From Antedon mediterranea (taxonomy: Eukaryota; Animalia; Echinodermata): a stretch of DNA of 64,000 bases. The stretch is taken from assembly GCF_964355755.1 (NCBI RefSeq), contig NC_092672.1, positions 5,084,001 through 5,148,000 of the forward strand, given 5' to 3'. How positions within the stretch are numbered: position 1 is the first letter of the stretch; every line of letters starts with the position of its first letter. Shown here in pieces: positions 1-13,100 of this stretch. The translations under genes were made by a program, and so were the position numbers. The notes under the pieces are model-generated. The model did not search any database and was not told the origin of the DNA. It saw only the letters and a program-made list of their open reading frames with translations.

Positions 1-3000
1 AATATACAGGGTACACTAATCTTTGGGACTATATAGTCGCCATTCGCCATATTTATATCTGTTTTCTGTTTCATACCTATCATATAAGTGGCAACTTTCG
101 TTGCTGTTTGTTTTTGATGAAATAATAAAAAAAAAAGATAAATAAAAAATTCAGATATGAACAAAAGATTTCATGAAAAGTAAGCTACTTCCGCGCAAGT
201 TTAAATTGTTTGCTTTTAGAAAGGAATAAGTTATAATATCATTGTGTTCGATTTTCAGAAAGAAATAAATTATCATTACATCATCATTAATAAAACTTTA
301 AAAACATGTACGACATGCAATAGAATACCAGCACATTATAAAACAAATTTATTTTGGAGTAAATCGACTATAAAATGATACAACAAATATGAGTAATTAG
401 CCATTTAGAAGCAAGGAGTGACTTGGCGTAAACTTAAATTGAATGAGGGGATAAAATTGGCAACACATGTGGCATCTCCTTTGGGATACATCCATTGATT
501 TACTTCTGACCGTGATCGTAAGTGGTAATTTCACATTTGTGTTTTGGTGGAAAAATTCAATTTACCAGACGGAAGTTAAATCTCAGGATTGGCAATGTGG
601 AATTGTTTTCAACCCCCACGTGTTCAACTGACACTACTAGTTTGTCCTAAATGTTTTTCGTTGAAAACTCGGAGGAATTTTATCACGTATTTAGTCGTGG
701 AAATCATGTGATCATATCAATGTTGATGGAACCGTGTGTATGTGATCGTTATCTAATGTATCGGGAGGCGGCCTCTCTTTAGAGTTTGTTCACGTAGACG
801 AGAATTGAAAATTAGAGCCAATGTATGGTGTGTGGAACACGTAAAGCAGAGTCCCAGTGCTTGCATGTTATGTGTGAAAAATGACAATTGCTACTTTCGA
901 TTCTAGGTTAAAAATTAGTAGGGAGGGTTACTCATTCATAAATCATATACCGTGTTGATATGAAATACGAATATATACTGTGTTTGTTTGAAATGCTACA
1001 CTTTTTTTTTTAATTTCCAAAAGAAACTGTAAAATTTTATTTATGAGTTAAAAATAAGGCTTTTGATATTTTTCTGTTACGTGTACAAAGATCAGAGGTT
1101 TCAAATGGTCCGATTAACTTTTTTTTAACATTAACGTTCCTACTCAGGGTCTTAGTAGTTGTTTTTGAAAAAATAATTTGCAATGTAACTACTACAGTAC
1201 ATATTTCTTTTGTCTTTATTGTCTCCCTATTACTACTTTTTTACTACAGTATATCTGCCATATTTGCATACAGGTGGCCATAATTAAAAATAGCAGTTTA
1301 TTTGAAAGGTGTTATAGGCAGTGCTCCTTTCTTTCACCTTTTTATACAGTAGTTTCTGATATTTTTTATTATAGATTCTTTCCTATTGTTTAATTGAATT
1401 GAATAATCTTGAATAATTCTAAGCTACCTGGGAACGATTCTGGGTTGATGTATGGTTTCCTGAATGACTTGAAGGCATTAGATAACTTCATCAAAGTCCA
1501 GGTTCAAGGTTACCTTTAGACAGATGTAGGCCTAGGTTAAAATTTACTTAAACAAATTATGACCTAGACTCTGTGGTGACAGATTGACCTCTAATTAAGT
1601 TGTTAAATAAGCTAATTAAACGAGACTTATTAATTAAACGATGTCTCTAGATTTAATTAGGGCTTAATTTTCCGAATGATGGTGCATTTTTAGAGCTGAT
1701 GGATTTAAGTTGATTTTTATTTTTAGATTATTCATCTTCCTCTGTCCTTCAAGATTTAGCAGTTTAATAATTATTTTTAAATAGGATTATTGCTGATTGT
1801 ATCACAGTTTCCAATTTAAAAAATGAAATCATAATTCATCCAGTAAAAATGTTTTTTTAAATGTTGTTACTTTAACAATACAGACTTGGTTTTAATTCTA
1901 TATCACAAAAATGTTGAACTTTTTGCCTATATATGTAAAGATACAACATTTTTATGTCTTTATGATTGTTGTACTGTATATAGTAGTGTATAAACTTTTA
2001 TCTTGGGTAAACACCAGCAGTGATATGCTATGTAGAAAAAGTAACAGTATTCCAATGTTTCATAAGAACCTTTCAAAGTTAGATAATTTTAAAGTTTTTA
2101 GTAACAAAGTCAACATCATGAATAATTACTCTTGAGGGCAGCATTGTACTTTTAATTTCTTATTTTGGTTTTATTGTTAGTTTACATAGAGCTGTAATAA
2201 ATAATTGAACGTTTTGTTGTACAAACACAGCATTGTTAATAACACCATCCTTCAAGGTAAAAAGTTGCATAGATGGTTTTGGCTTTGTTTACTGTAAGAT
2301 TACTCGTTAATTAATGACTAAATTATCATGAAATTGGTTCTGTGTTATGCAAATGAGTTGAATAGCTGGAAGCCAACATGGCCCATAGGTTATTAGTATA
2401 TTAGTAAGGAAAACATTTCTGATTTTAAATGCAACTAGCTTAATTGAGTCTGTCAGAAATAAATTAAACAAGCCTACAGGTGTTATTACTGCTTAGTTAA
2501 AATAACAAGCATTTAAATGTATTATGGTGTCACCTCTGGGCCGCTCCAAGGGCAGCCAGATTGACTTTATCAGCTGAAAGTGGAAAAACAAAATACATTG
2601 ATCGTATCGCACACCTAGGGCTAGCGTCATTGCTAATACTACGTCTATTATTAGGAGTCTTCGCGAATACTGCCTCCAGAGTATGAAAACAAAACAGTAG
2701 CCATTGTAGACGGGAGGTTGTCAATCTTCCATGCGTGACCTGGCGAACAGCATATCAAACATTGTTGAAACAGTTGGGCGAATTAGCCACTAGCATCCTT
2801 TAGATCATCGAGTTAATGTAGCGGTAATTACAATATGATGTTAAGGCCGAGACCTCTATCCATCGCTGATCAAGCATCATCTCAATTGCTACAAGTGTCT
2901 CAGGCTAGGATCGTCGTGGAGAGTTAACAGCCAATTTATCCTCGCCAGGGTCCGTAGTCGGAAGCCGAGAGAAAAATAAGTTGAACCTTGTTGGACCACA

Positions 3001-4111
3001 ATGACCGGAAGCATAGAAAGATTGAGGTATTAAAGTACAGGTGACATTGGCGTAATTGGCTAATGAAACAACTGTTTTAGCCTATTACTGACCTGGTGTG
3101 CTCGGCCCATGATAGCATACCTATAGGCATTCGCCATGCACTATCAATTTTTAACATAATTATTGTGGCTAAAACTCTGTGATTTCATCATATTTATATT
3201 GTGTTTATTAATTTGTAAATAAAATATGGATATGGTTACTCCTAAATATGACATATTGAGCAATATGACATATTGAGCAATATGTTATTCGTTGTTTTTT
3301 TTATTAATATTTTGACTATAATTACACAGTACAGCTAAAAATGACTGCGACCTTCCCCATATTCTAGCTTCTAGATATTGTGTTTGATCGTGTTTTCGAT
3401 CCTGTAGAACAGTAGCTGTATGCCAAAATATTCAACCATTTATTACTCAATGAAAAAATTAGTTTGGACTAAAATTAATTCACTATGCTCATAGAGTTTT
3501 ATTGCTCTTTTGGTAATTAATTATTTAATCAATTTTACGTAGAGTCATAGTAAACATTTATGCTGTAGTTAAAGGTTGTAAAGTCGATGATGCATTGATA
3601 AACAATATCTTTAGAAGAAAAGCCTTTTAAGTTTGTAAAGTCTGTTTGTAATAAAATGTGTTACTAGCCCACTATGTATTAATAATGATAATATTTTTAT
3701 GGAGTCGTAAACCTATTTCTAAGAAATTGTAGCAGCCACACAAATTTGTATCTATAGAAACCGACTTTTTTATTGATTAAATTATCAAGCGAGACCTGTA
3801 CTTTTTTTATTGGGTTAATAAGTCTAAAATTAAATTATACAATTTAATTATTTCAACAAACTCGGACTGCTAGGTTTAATTTTCCCAAAGGGATTTTGAA
3901 ATTGTTATAATTTATTTTAGTTGTACGCATGTGATGTGCAGCGTTATGTCTGCTTTTTTGCTATGAATTTGATGGACAAATATTGTAATTTTTAATGGTG
4001 CATTTTACAGTAAGAAAAACTAGATGTTCAAATTGTTATTCATAACTATTTGTTCTTTGTGAAAAAAAAAAAAATTTTCAATATTAACAATGTTATTCTT
4101 TTCGTTAACAG

Positions 4112-7100
4112 ATAAACCAGTTTTACCACCTAAGCCACTTCTCCAGACAAATGCCCAGAGTCAGGATATATATGAACGTGAGCCTTGTATACAACGTGAA
4201 CCGGATATCCCAATTGTGGCTTCCGCACCGGTCTCGGTGCCGATCAAGCCCTGTCTGCCAGTAGTACAAGAACTATCTAGAGATCGTGAACAAGAACGTG
4301 AACAAAGAGAACGAGAGGAAGAGAAACGGGAGAGGGAACGGGAAAGGGAACGTAGGGAGTTGGAAATTCAGAGAGAAAGGGAAAGAAGAGAGAGGGAACT
4401 TAGTGAACAGAATAGAGGCTTCACAAAAGCCCCAGGCTGGCCCAAGTGAGTTTTTAAACTTTTTCTTTCTTTTATTGTTAAAATACTTGTAGGTGTTGTG
4501 TATTATCGGATCACTAAATAGTTAAGCAGTTGTTATGTCAATAAAAAGGGTTATTAGTGGTTCTTAGCTGTATTGTGAGGACAATTTGACTTTTTAATTT
4601 GTATTCTATTAATATTAAGAGTTCATACAAAAATGTACCATTCAATACAACATCATAGTTTGTTTTATGAAAATATAATTTATTTCCTCCAATGACCTCT
4701 CTTATGCTTGAATATGTCAATCTGTCATTTACTATGTCATTTATGCGCTGTTTTTATATGAGATATATAACAAGAAATGCAGATTCCATTTATGTCAATT
4801 GCAGTGTAACGATCCATCCGACAGATTGTCAGCCTGGGGATCTGTTTAAAGCCCTAGGAGCCATTTTGATTGAGGAAAGTAGATCCTTAGCAACTAAAGG
4901 TCAAGCATAGCAGCTGGGCAAATTAGATGCTGTTCTCTCATGCAGTGACATATATTAATGAAACCTACCCATCACCTGTGGGATTTCTATAAGGGTAAAT
5001 TCAATAGAAAGAAATGTCAACAAAGTTTTACAAAATTGCAGCTCTCCGGCAGTCTGTAGGCAAATGCAATTAGGAGAATAATTTACTTCTCTCTGACAAA
5101 CATCTTGGTAGTGTGTAACAGGAGGTCAAATGTAGCAAACGTTCCAGCAGTTCTCTGTTTGACTTCGGGGCAAAAACAATTATGCTAACACCCAGTGAGG
5201 TATAATTACATTAATCAGAAACGAAATACATCACAATTGGAAACACCATGTTTATGTACAAACGCAAAGAGAAAGTTTTTTACAACCCTTTTTCGTCATA
5301 ATGAGATAACTAATTCAATTTGCTCTCTGTCTGATGACAAAAATGCTTGACAAATGGGGCACAACGGTTTTACAAAGTATTCAACAGGCCTACTTTCCAG
5401 GAAGACGCATATCTTTCTGGTTTTATTACATGTACTTTGTATTGTGTTGCTAATTTTAAAACTAAATTAAGATGCAAGGACTGTTTCTATTGACGGGAAA
5501 TAAATTATTAGAATTTATAATGATGTTTGCATGTTAATTTTCAAATTATAGATTCTATTAAATATACTCTTAAAATGTAAACCAAATAGTCATTGCCATA
5601 GAATGGTACAGTTACTAATTATTTATTAATGGATGATAATTAAATATTTTTAATATTCTTGATTCTTGAATCATTAATTAATGTATTTCTAATGTTAAAT
5701 TTATGTTAGTGCAGTTGTTATCTAGTATCATTCATTTAATAATAATAATTATTATTATTAAATGAATGATATTATGCTTTGTATTAAATATTGTATGGAC
5801 TACTATTCAAATATGTACAGTAATAATGAATAGCAATTAATACAGTACCAGTATGATGCTTCTCCGGACAAACACTTAATAAAATTATATAAACCATATT
5901 AATTAATTAATAATCTATCCATACAGTTCTATATTTATTTTGTTAAAACAAATTTATTTTGTGACATGACAACCTGCATTCATGGCACTTTTTATTTTTG
6001 TCCTGTGTTTTTTAATAATTGACCTTATTGATTAATAGATTTATTTTCTTTGTTATCAGAATTATAAATGTAAAGTACTGGTTTTATTATTGCTGGCAGG
6101 GATTAGATGTAAATTAGAAAGATTACTAATCTATTGATTATGAATATGAAATATATCTCATTGACTAAATGAGCTGTTTGATATGAAATTCTTCATTGAT
6201 GTTTCATCTGATCACAACACTGTTGCCAAATCAATTTGTACTTTAAACCGTTACCGTATGTTTTAAATATATCTCGTTGACTAAAATTAATTTGAAATTC
6301 TTCATTGATGTTTCATTTGATCACAACTGTTGCCAAATCCATTTCTACTTTAAACCGTATGTTTTAAAATTTTACAGTGTCACAAAATCGATCACCCCGA
6401 GTGTAGCGCATCTGTCACGGTCTACGCCGACGCTACCGTATTCGGCACCGTCGCAGACACCGACATTCTCGCACTCATCGCCGATACCACCGAATCATTC
6501 AGTGCAGCGTAATATGTACACACCCTCTCTGCCGCCTCCACCACCGTTGACGTCACCAACAAATCACAATCAGACACCGTTTGCTGCAGCTGCCGACACC
6601 GGCTACAATTATTCAAGTAAGTCTAATTTTGTCTAAAATTACTGCAGTATGACTCGGAAATTCTCACCATAAATTCATCCATATTTAATTTTTGTCATCC
6701 TTTACTTTTAATATGCTAACAATTGCTCTTTTCCTATCATTTTCAATATTCATATTTTTCCAAAAGCTTCTCTTTTCTTTCCTAAAGAAAACATGGCATG
6801 GTACAGTGCAACATTTACTGGTATAATAGTTCCTCTGTTTTTCTGTCCTTCAGTAATATTTATTTGTGTAATTTCAACAAATATTTAAACTAATTTGTTA
6901 AATCACTTTTCAGATTGTTGATTTAATTAATGTTCATGTTCATTAATGTGCATTCGCTATTAATTTAAATTGATTAAATGATTGGATTCATGTAAATCTA
7001 TTATTTCTAACCCTTATACCCTGAATACGACTTTACCACGTTGAAACACCGGTTCTCGTCAGATCACCAAAGTTAAGCAACGTTGGGCCTGGTTAGAGCT

Positions 7101-10100
7101 TGGATGGGAGACCATCTGGGAATTGCGGGTGCTGTATACGTAGCTGGGGTCCCGTTAGGCATTTGAAATCAGCACTGCTGACTCTCCACTGCTGGTGGTA
7201 TATGAAATTATTTTGCACATAATTATTCCTGATGGTAGTCAATTACTATAAACTGAAATTAAATGCAATTACTGTAGTATTTGATTATCATTTGTGAATT
7301 AGTATTACCACAGGTATTAAGATAAGACCCTATTCTTTAATAGAGACAGCCAGAATGAGAAGGAAATGTAATCTAATAATTTTTTGTAATGATTCCAGGA
7401 GAAGCTTTATGTATATTTTTAGCTATAAGTTTACCTCTAAATAACAAAATAAAACCCTTCAAATTATAAATGTCATCACTATAATTTAGACCACATCATT
7501 GGTTGATCTGATTCAAGATTTAGAACATTTTAGAAGCTGGTCATACAAACATTTTCCTACCTCTGCCTGTACCCCAACAATTCTTCCTTTTTTCACTTTT
7601 TCATTAAATATTATTGCTGATGAGGTGATGTTGTTAAACTTTTGCTGATCATTGTGATTTGAACTTTTTGAAATTGTAATTGAAGAACCCTAATAATTTC
7701 AAAATATAAATACCATGAAAAAGAAAAAAAAACACAAATTATATTGTCATCATCAGTATATGTCCTAAGTGGGGTGGGCTTATACTAAGTTCAGTATCAG
7801 ATTTCCCAACATGACATGTCATATAAAGCATACACCGTATTCTTAATCAGTTTTAATTATATTGTAATTGGAAATTGGTTTTATTTACATCATTGCATTT
7901 TGTATAGCCCTTGACACTACTAGTGAATGCCTGCATGGTGCGTCTGTCACAGCCTGTCCTAACTTGTAACTTTAAAGCAATGTTGAACTTTATAAAAAAA
8001 ATTTCATGTGAAATTAATAACTTTAAAAGGTTACCTAATAATGTAAGAAATTTCGTGACATTCACGATAACAATCTTCATCTGATAATGAACCTTGACCC
8101 TACTTAGGACCTGCTGGGTCGTTGCAAGTATCCGACGAATGTTTGTGAAAGTCTTGGTGAGACTCCGACGTAGTTAATTAATCCAAAACATGGAAACCAA
8201 ATTCTAAACAGCTGTTTCCGAGCTGAATTGCTGGGAGAAACAACACAAATGCTGTGTGTCCATAGGCCCACACTGCACGCTTCACGGCTAGGCTGTTGAC
8301 TCACTGCCGTGTTGAAATAGCTCTCTGAGTGCTCACACACTCACAACCGAAGGGGCTAGCCAGTTCGGTACAACTAAACGTCGTAATTCTATAACAAACT
8401 GTGTATGTTTATAATTGAAATGGAGAACTAACATTTGGATACATTTTTTGGATTAATAATACTTGGTGTATATTATAAATTACTGCTGAAATTTCAGATG
8501 GACATGTATTTAAAATGATCTGTCGTCGTATACTGATTGAACGGTTGACTTCACTTTGTTTTTTCTCTCCCTACTTCTCTCTTATTCAGAAGGGCCACTC
8601 ACGCCGTTGGAACTTCATAACCGGAATCTAAACAACACAAAAGGTGGATATAGGTGGTTCTACTGCCCGTTTTGCTTCTATTGTTATCTTCTAACTTAGG
8701 CCTAGAATTAAGAACAAAATAATTATAATTGTTAACAGTTTCAGTGTGTTTGTCAGATATGTATGTGCTTTTGATGTTTGTTTGTGAGCATCACTTTTGT
8801 TGATGTTTTAACCGTAAAAAAAAAGCTAAAACAAAAAGTAATTTTACCGATATTGTTTGTTAAATTAGTAATACATAGGTGATATCTTCTGTGATTTGTT
8901 GTATATTTTCATTGATAATTTCACCATGTGTACAAATAAGTCATGTTGTCAGTACAGTATAGTATATTGATTCTATCTTGAAAAACTACTTTACTGCACT
9001 ATAATGCATATCCTCCCTCAAATTCACACATCACCTAATTAATGCTATATCTTAAATGCTTAATTACATTGTATAGTTCATTTAATTATAGGAAATATCT
9101 TTAAATTGATTATTTTACTTAAGTTACTTTTTTCGACTTAACTCTAAACTGCTTATACACACACATGCTTTTTTATTTCCATACATTATTTGAAAGTATA
9201 TTGCAACATTTTTGCTATCTTTTTCAAAATCTCGATCCTCTGATTTTAAATAATTTATCATTAAATTATGTAAATATCATAAATTAAAAGTCCCTAATTT
9301 TCTTGTTTGTTGCATTGTAATTATAAGTGGTTCCGCACCATTTGGATACTAAATTCTTTTATATTTAGCCAACCTGTTCTAACAAATTAGATTAGATAAC
9401 GTTAGGGATTAATTTATAAATAAACATGTTTTATTTTTCATTTCAGGCCAACAACATATTTTACGGAAGGAGCTGGACAAACGATTTCTCGCAGCTCATG
9501 ACAGAAGTATGTCAGTTGGTCCCCCGCCTTATATGAGAACGGAGACACACATGCACCAACATAATCATATGCATCAACACATGCACAGTCATTCATTCCT
9601 ACCCACTCCGGTAGGTAGCGCACTTGTGCCACCTCAGCCACCGCCGCACATGGTAAGTGGTCAACGAGTGCAAGTTGATAGTGATTAAGTTTGCTTTTAA
9701 GGAATCCTGTCTCTGCCTGGTTTTGTGTGTTGTTTGTCCATGTTTTGTAATATTTTTATGGAGACAAAATAAATGAGTAAAGAATCTGTACATGAGCAAA
9801 AGATCATAGATCCACTGGCCAATAAAACCCATGAATTTGTCCGTGACTATACTCGCTTTGGCCAATCAATTTGTTTTTATTGAACTACTGTATATTAATT
9901 TTTATGTACAACAATCTTTCGAACATTTTACAGTTTTTGATGAAGCTGTCCAGGCATGGCAAATTTAATTCAGGCGAGTCGGATTATGGATTTACTGGCC
10001 CGATGGGCTAGTTAAAAATTATCTTAATGAAAGTTTTTAGTGTTGAATTGATGAGTTGTCATTTCCCTGTGGTTTTAAAATGTGTTTCTCCTTCATACAA

Positions 10101-13100
10101 ATTTAAACTTGTTTATACCTTTTATGATTTAAAAACATATCGGCAATAAGGTCATTATCGTACAGATGGAACAATATAGAAACACATGTAACGATCTACT
10201 GTGGACATTTAACAAAATTGATTGATTACATGGCTATTTTATGGAAAACACAGAGTGGTTGGCCAGACAAGCTTGTTACAGTCTCATTCATAAGTTTAAA
10301 AACGTGTCGTAAGCACGTACAATAAATAAGATGGGATTACACGCGCATGTCCGCGTGACAACTTACTGTCATGTGTTACATCTCAGAAGATTTGATAGTC
10401 GACGCTCCATTGCCTAGTTTAGCCTCCGAGCACATTCTTGAGCCTCTTCCCTCATGCTAAAAGTTGTTGTTAGTGATGTAAAGTCAAAAACACATTAGAG
10501 GATGCATGTAGGAGATGCGGGACTTACGTGACTTAGCATGCAGCCGCACAATTAACGTGGAATTGCTGTAAGCTGGAGGATTATATCGTTCAAGATCTGG
10601 CTCATTAATTTGGAATTTGGAACATGAATTAATATCTTTAAAGCTGCTTGTCATTTGTCAATTAATTTTGTAACACGGCAAACATTTGTGACCTGAAAAA
10701 GTCAATTTTTTGTCATGTGTAATGTCGACTTAAAATAAACTAGAAAATAATCACTTGAATATTTATTTTTAACTATTTGGTATATTTCATATCATAAATT
10801 TCTCAATTATCAATTAATTAATTTTTTAATTATGTGTTGCATTAAATATTTGTTCCTTTTTTTTTTATTCAAACAGCTCGGTGTTGGTTTTCCACCAAAC
10901 TTGCCTGCTATACCGCCACCCACGTCTGTTCCAAGCCAAATAGGGATGCCTCCTAATTCAGCATTTCAACCCAAGGTAAATAAGTTCCTCAATCAAATAT
11001 CTACCATAATTATTCATATTAATGTCCATTATACAAACTAATGTAAATTATGTAAAATAATTTAGTGGAGCTGTAGCTTGATTAACATGCTTGCCTTCCA
11101 ATCCCAAGGTCCGGGGTTTAATCGTAATCTAGTGCCAGGGTGGTAACTCACGACTCTTTCAACTCCACTCCCTAAGCCTCAAATGAGACTTAAAGGGAGA
11201 CTTAGATTTTTCATTTCATTTATTCAATTTCGGCACAATAAATACAAATTCTATACAATACCAAGAATTACTGTAATGAGTGTATGACTTACTATTCAAC
11301 AGAAAATACATGGTTATAAAAAAATAATTTTATACTTTTTTTTCTCCCGCTGGAGTTGTATTACAACTTTTCATGGAATGTCCCTTGTTATCTTCCGTTA
11401 TTTACGTTCTTTGTATTGCTTTTAATATTACCTCATTCAATACAATAGCATTTTAAAGTTTGATCTTGTACCTTTTATGGCTTAATTTCTCTGCTTTTGA
11501 ATTCTTGAGCTTAACTTTGCAAGTAGGTGATAATGAGGGGATAAATCAGTCATAAAATGTTGTCTGAGTAGGTACAATTATGGCAAATGTTAGCTGTGGG
11601 GTAATCATCAAAATATGATCTATTTGTATGATTGCACTGTGCAATGTATTATTGTTTATTAAAAATATTGTATTGTTTAAAAGGTTTGCATGGAGAATAT
11701 TAACACTAATAATTTAAGGTTTGCAATAAACCATTTGATTACATAAAAAAGAAAATATATGTTAAGAGAATATATGTTAAAAGGAATGTGTCAACATTTT
11801 GGTTGTTGTGGTACAACTTTCTTCTGGAGTAAATGCTAGGCAGAGGGGAATATAAAGTGAGCACTGCACAGTGGTTGGTCACACAGACTATAGAATGGTA
11901 CAGTAGATAGTGCAATATTATAGATAAATGCATTATTACACTTTTTGATTCGTTTATTACTACATTTTGTTTGTTACTATGTATTAATTTAATAACGGTG
12001 TATTCATTTTGTTATTTTTACAGAAACAAGGGAAGTGGTGTGCAGCCCACGTTACTGTGGCCTGGCTTATATATCACCAACAACAAAAGGTACAGAATAC
12101 ACAGTATATAATATCAATTTGATAAAAAATATAAATGTCAAATGCCTAAATTATATTGTAATTGTAACAAAAAGGCTTTAATCACAACTGAGAAACAATC
12201 CCCTATTTTAGAAAAATTATGATCATATTATAGTTTTTCTTTAAATACAAAGATTAATCCATAATATATAGTTTATTCTTACCCAGATGCATTGTAATAT
12301 TTCTAATTAAGTTACATGATATATTATGCACTTTTAACTATAGAAAGCAGAAGCTCAGAAGGACCAGTTAAAGCCTGATATATTCTCTCGTCCAGCAGCT
12401 CAACTGATGCCTCCTCAGAGGCCTAGCGAGCACTCTGCTCCACCTGGATTATTTCCACCAGGTAATAACAAAAGATTTACATGATCAGTCGTTGTTCTAA
12501 GTTGTATAAATAAATATTTGTATAATGCAACTATTCATAGGCGAATCCGAATGGAGTCAGCTGATTTGGCAGCACAGGCAAAACGGTAAACAGAGGGCAT
12601 CTCTTCTGGTTGGGTTCCCATCATGCAATATTCAGGCCGAGCACGTTTCAAAGCTTTACATGCAGCAGAAATAGGAAAAAATTAAATCAATCCAATGGCA
12701 ATAATACACATTGGTGTATACACTAATTTAATTCATAACAAAAATGTACCTTGCCAATTTTCAATCAGTAAATAGTAAAGTAAAATAGTAAAAGTAAAAA
12801 GTACTGTGTACTGTATAGCCAGAGGAATATACCTAGTCAATTTTTAGTTGACTAGGTAATAAAGTCAATATCCTAATAAGTATAGCAGAAAGAATTTACC
12901 TAGTCAACTAAACATTTACCTAGTAAATTCTTAGTTGACTAGGTAATAAAGTCAATATCCCAATAAGTATAGCAGTAAGAATTTACCTAGTCAACTAAAC
13001 ATTTACCTAGTCAATTTTCAGTTGACTAGGTAATAAAGTCAATATTCCAATAAGTTTAGCAGTAAGAATTTACCTAGTCAACTAAACATTTACCTAGTCA

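Noticed and set aside
7023-7139. Functional 5S rRNA gene
   Set aside because: Single intronic copy with substitutions at the termini and internal stems and no oligo-T terminator.
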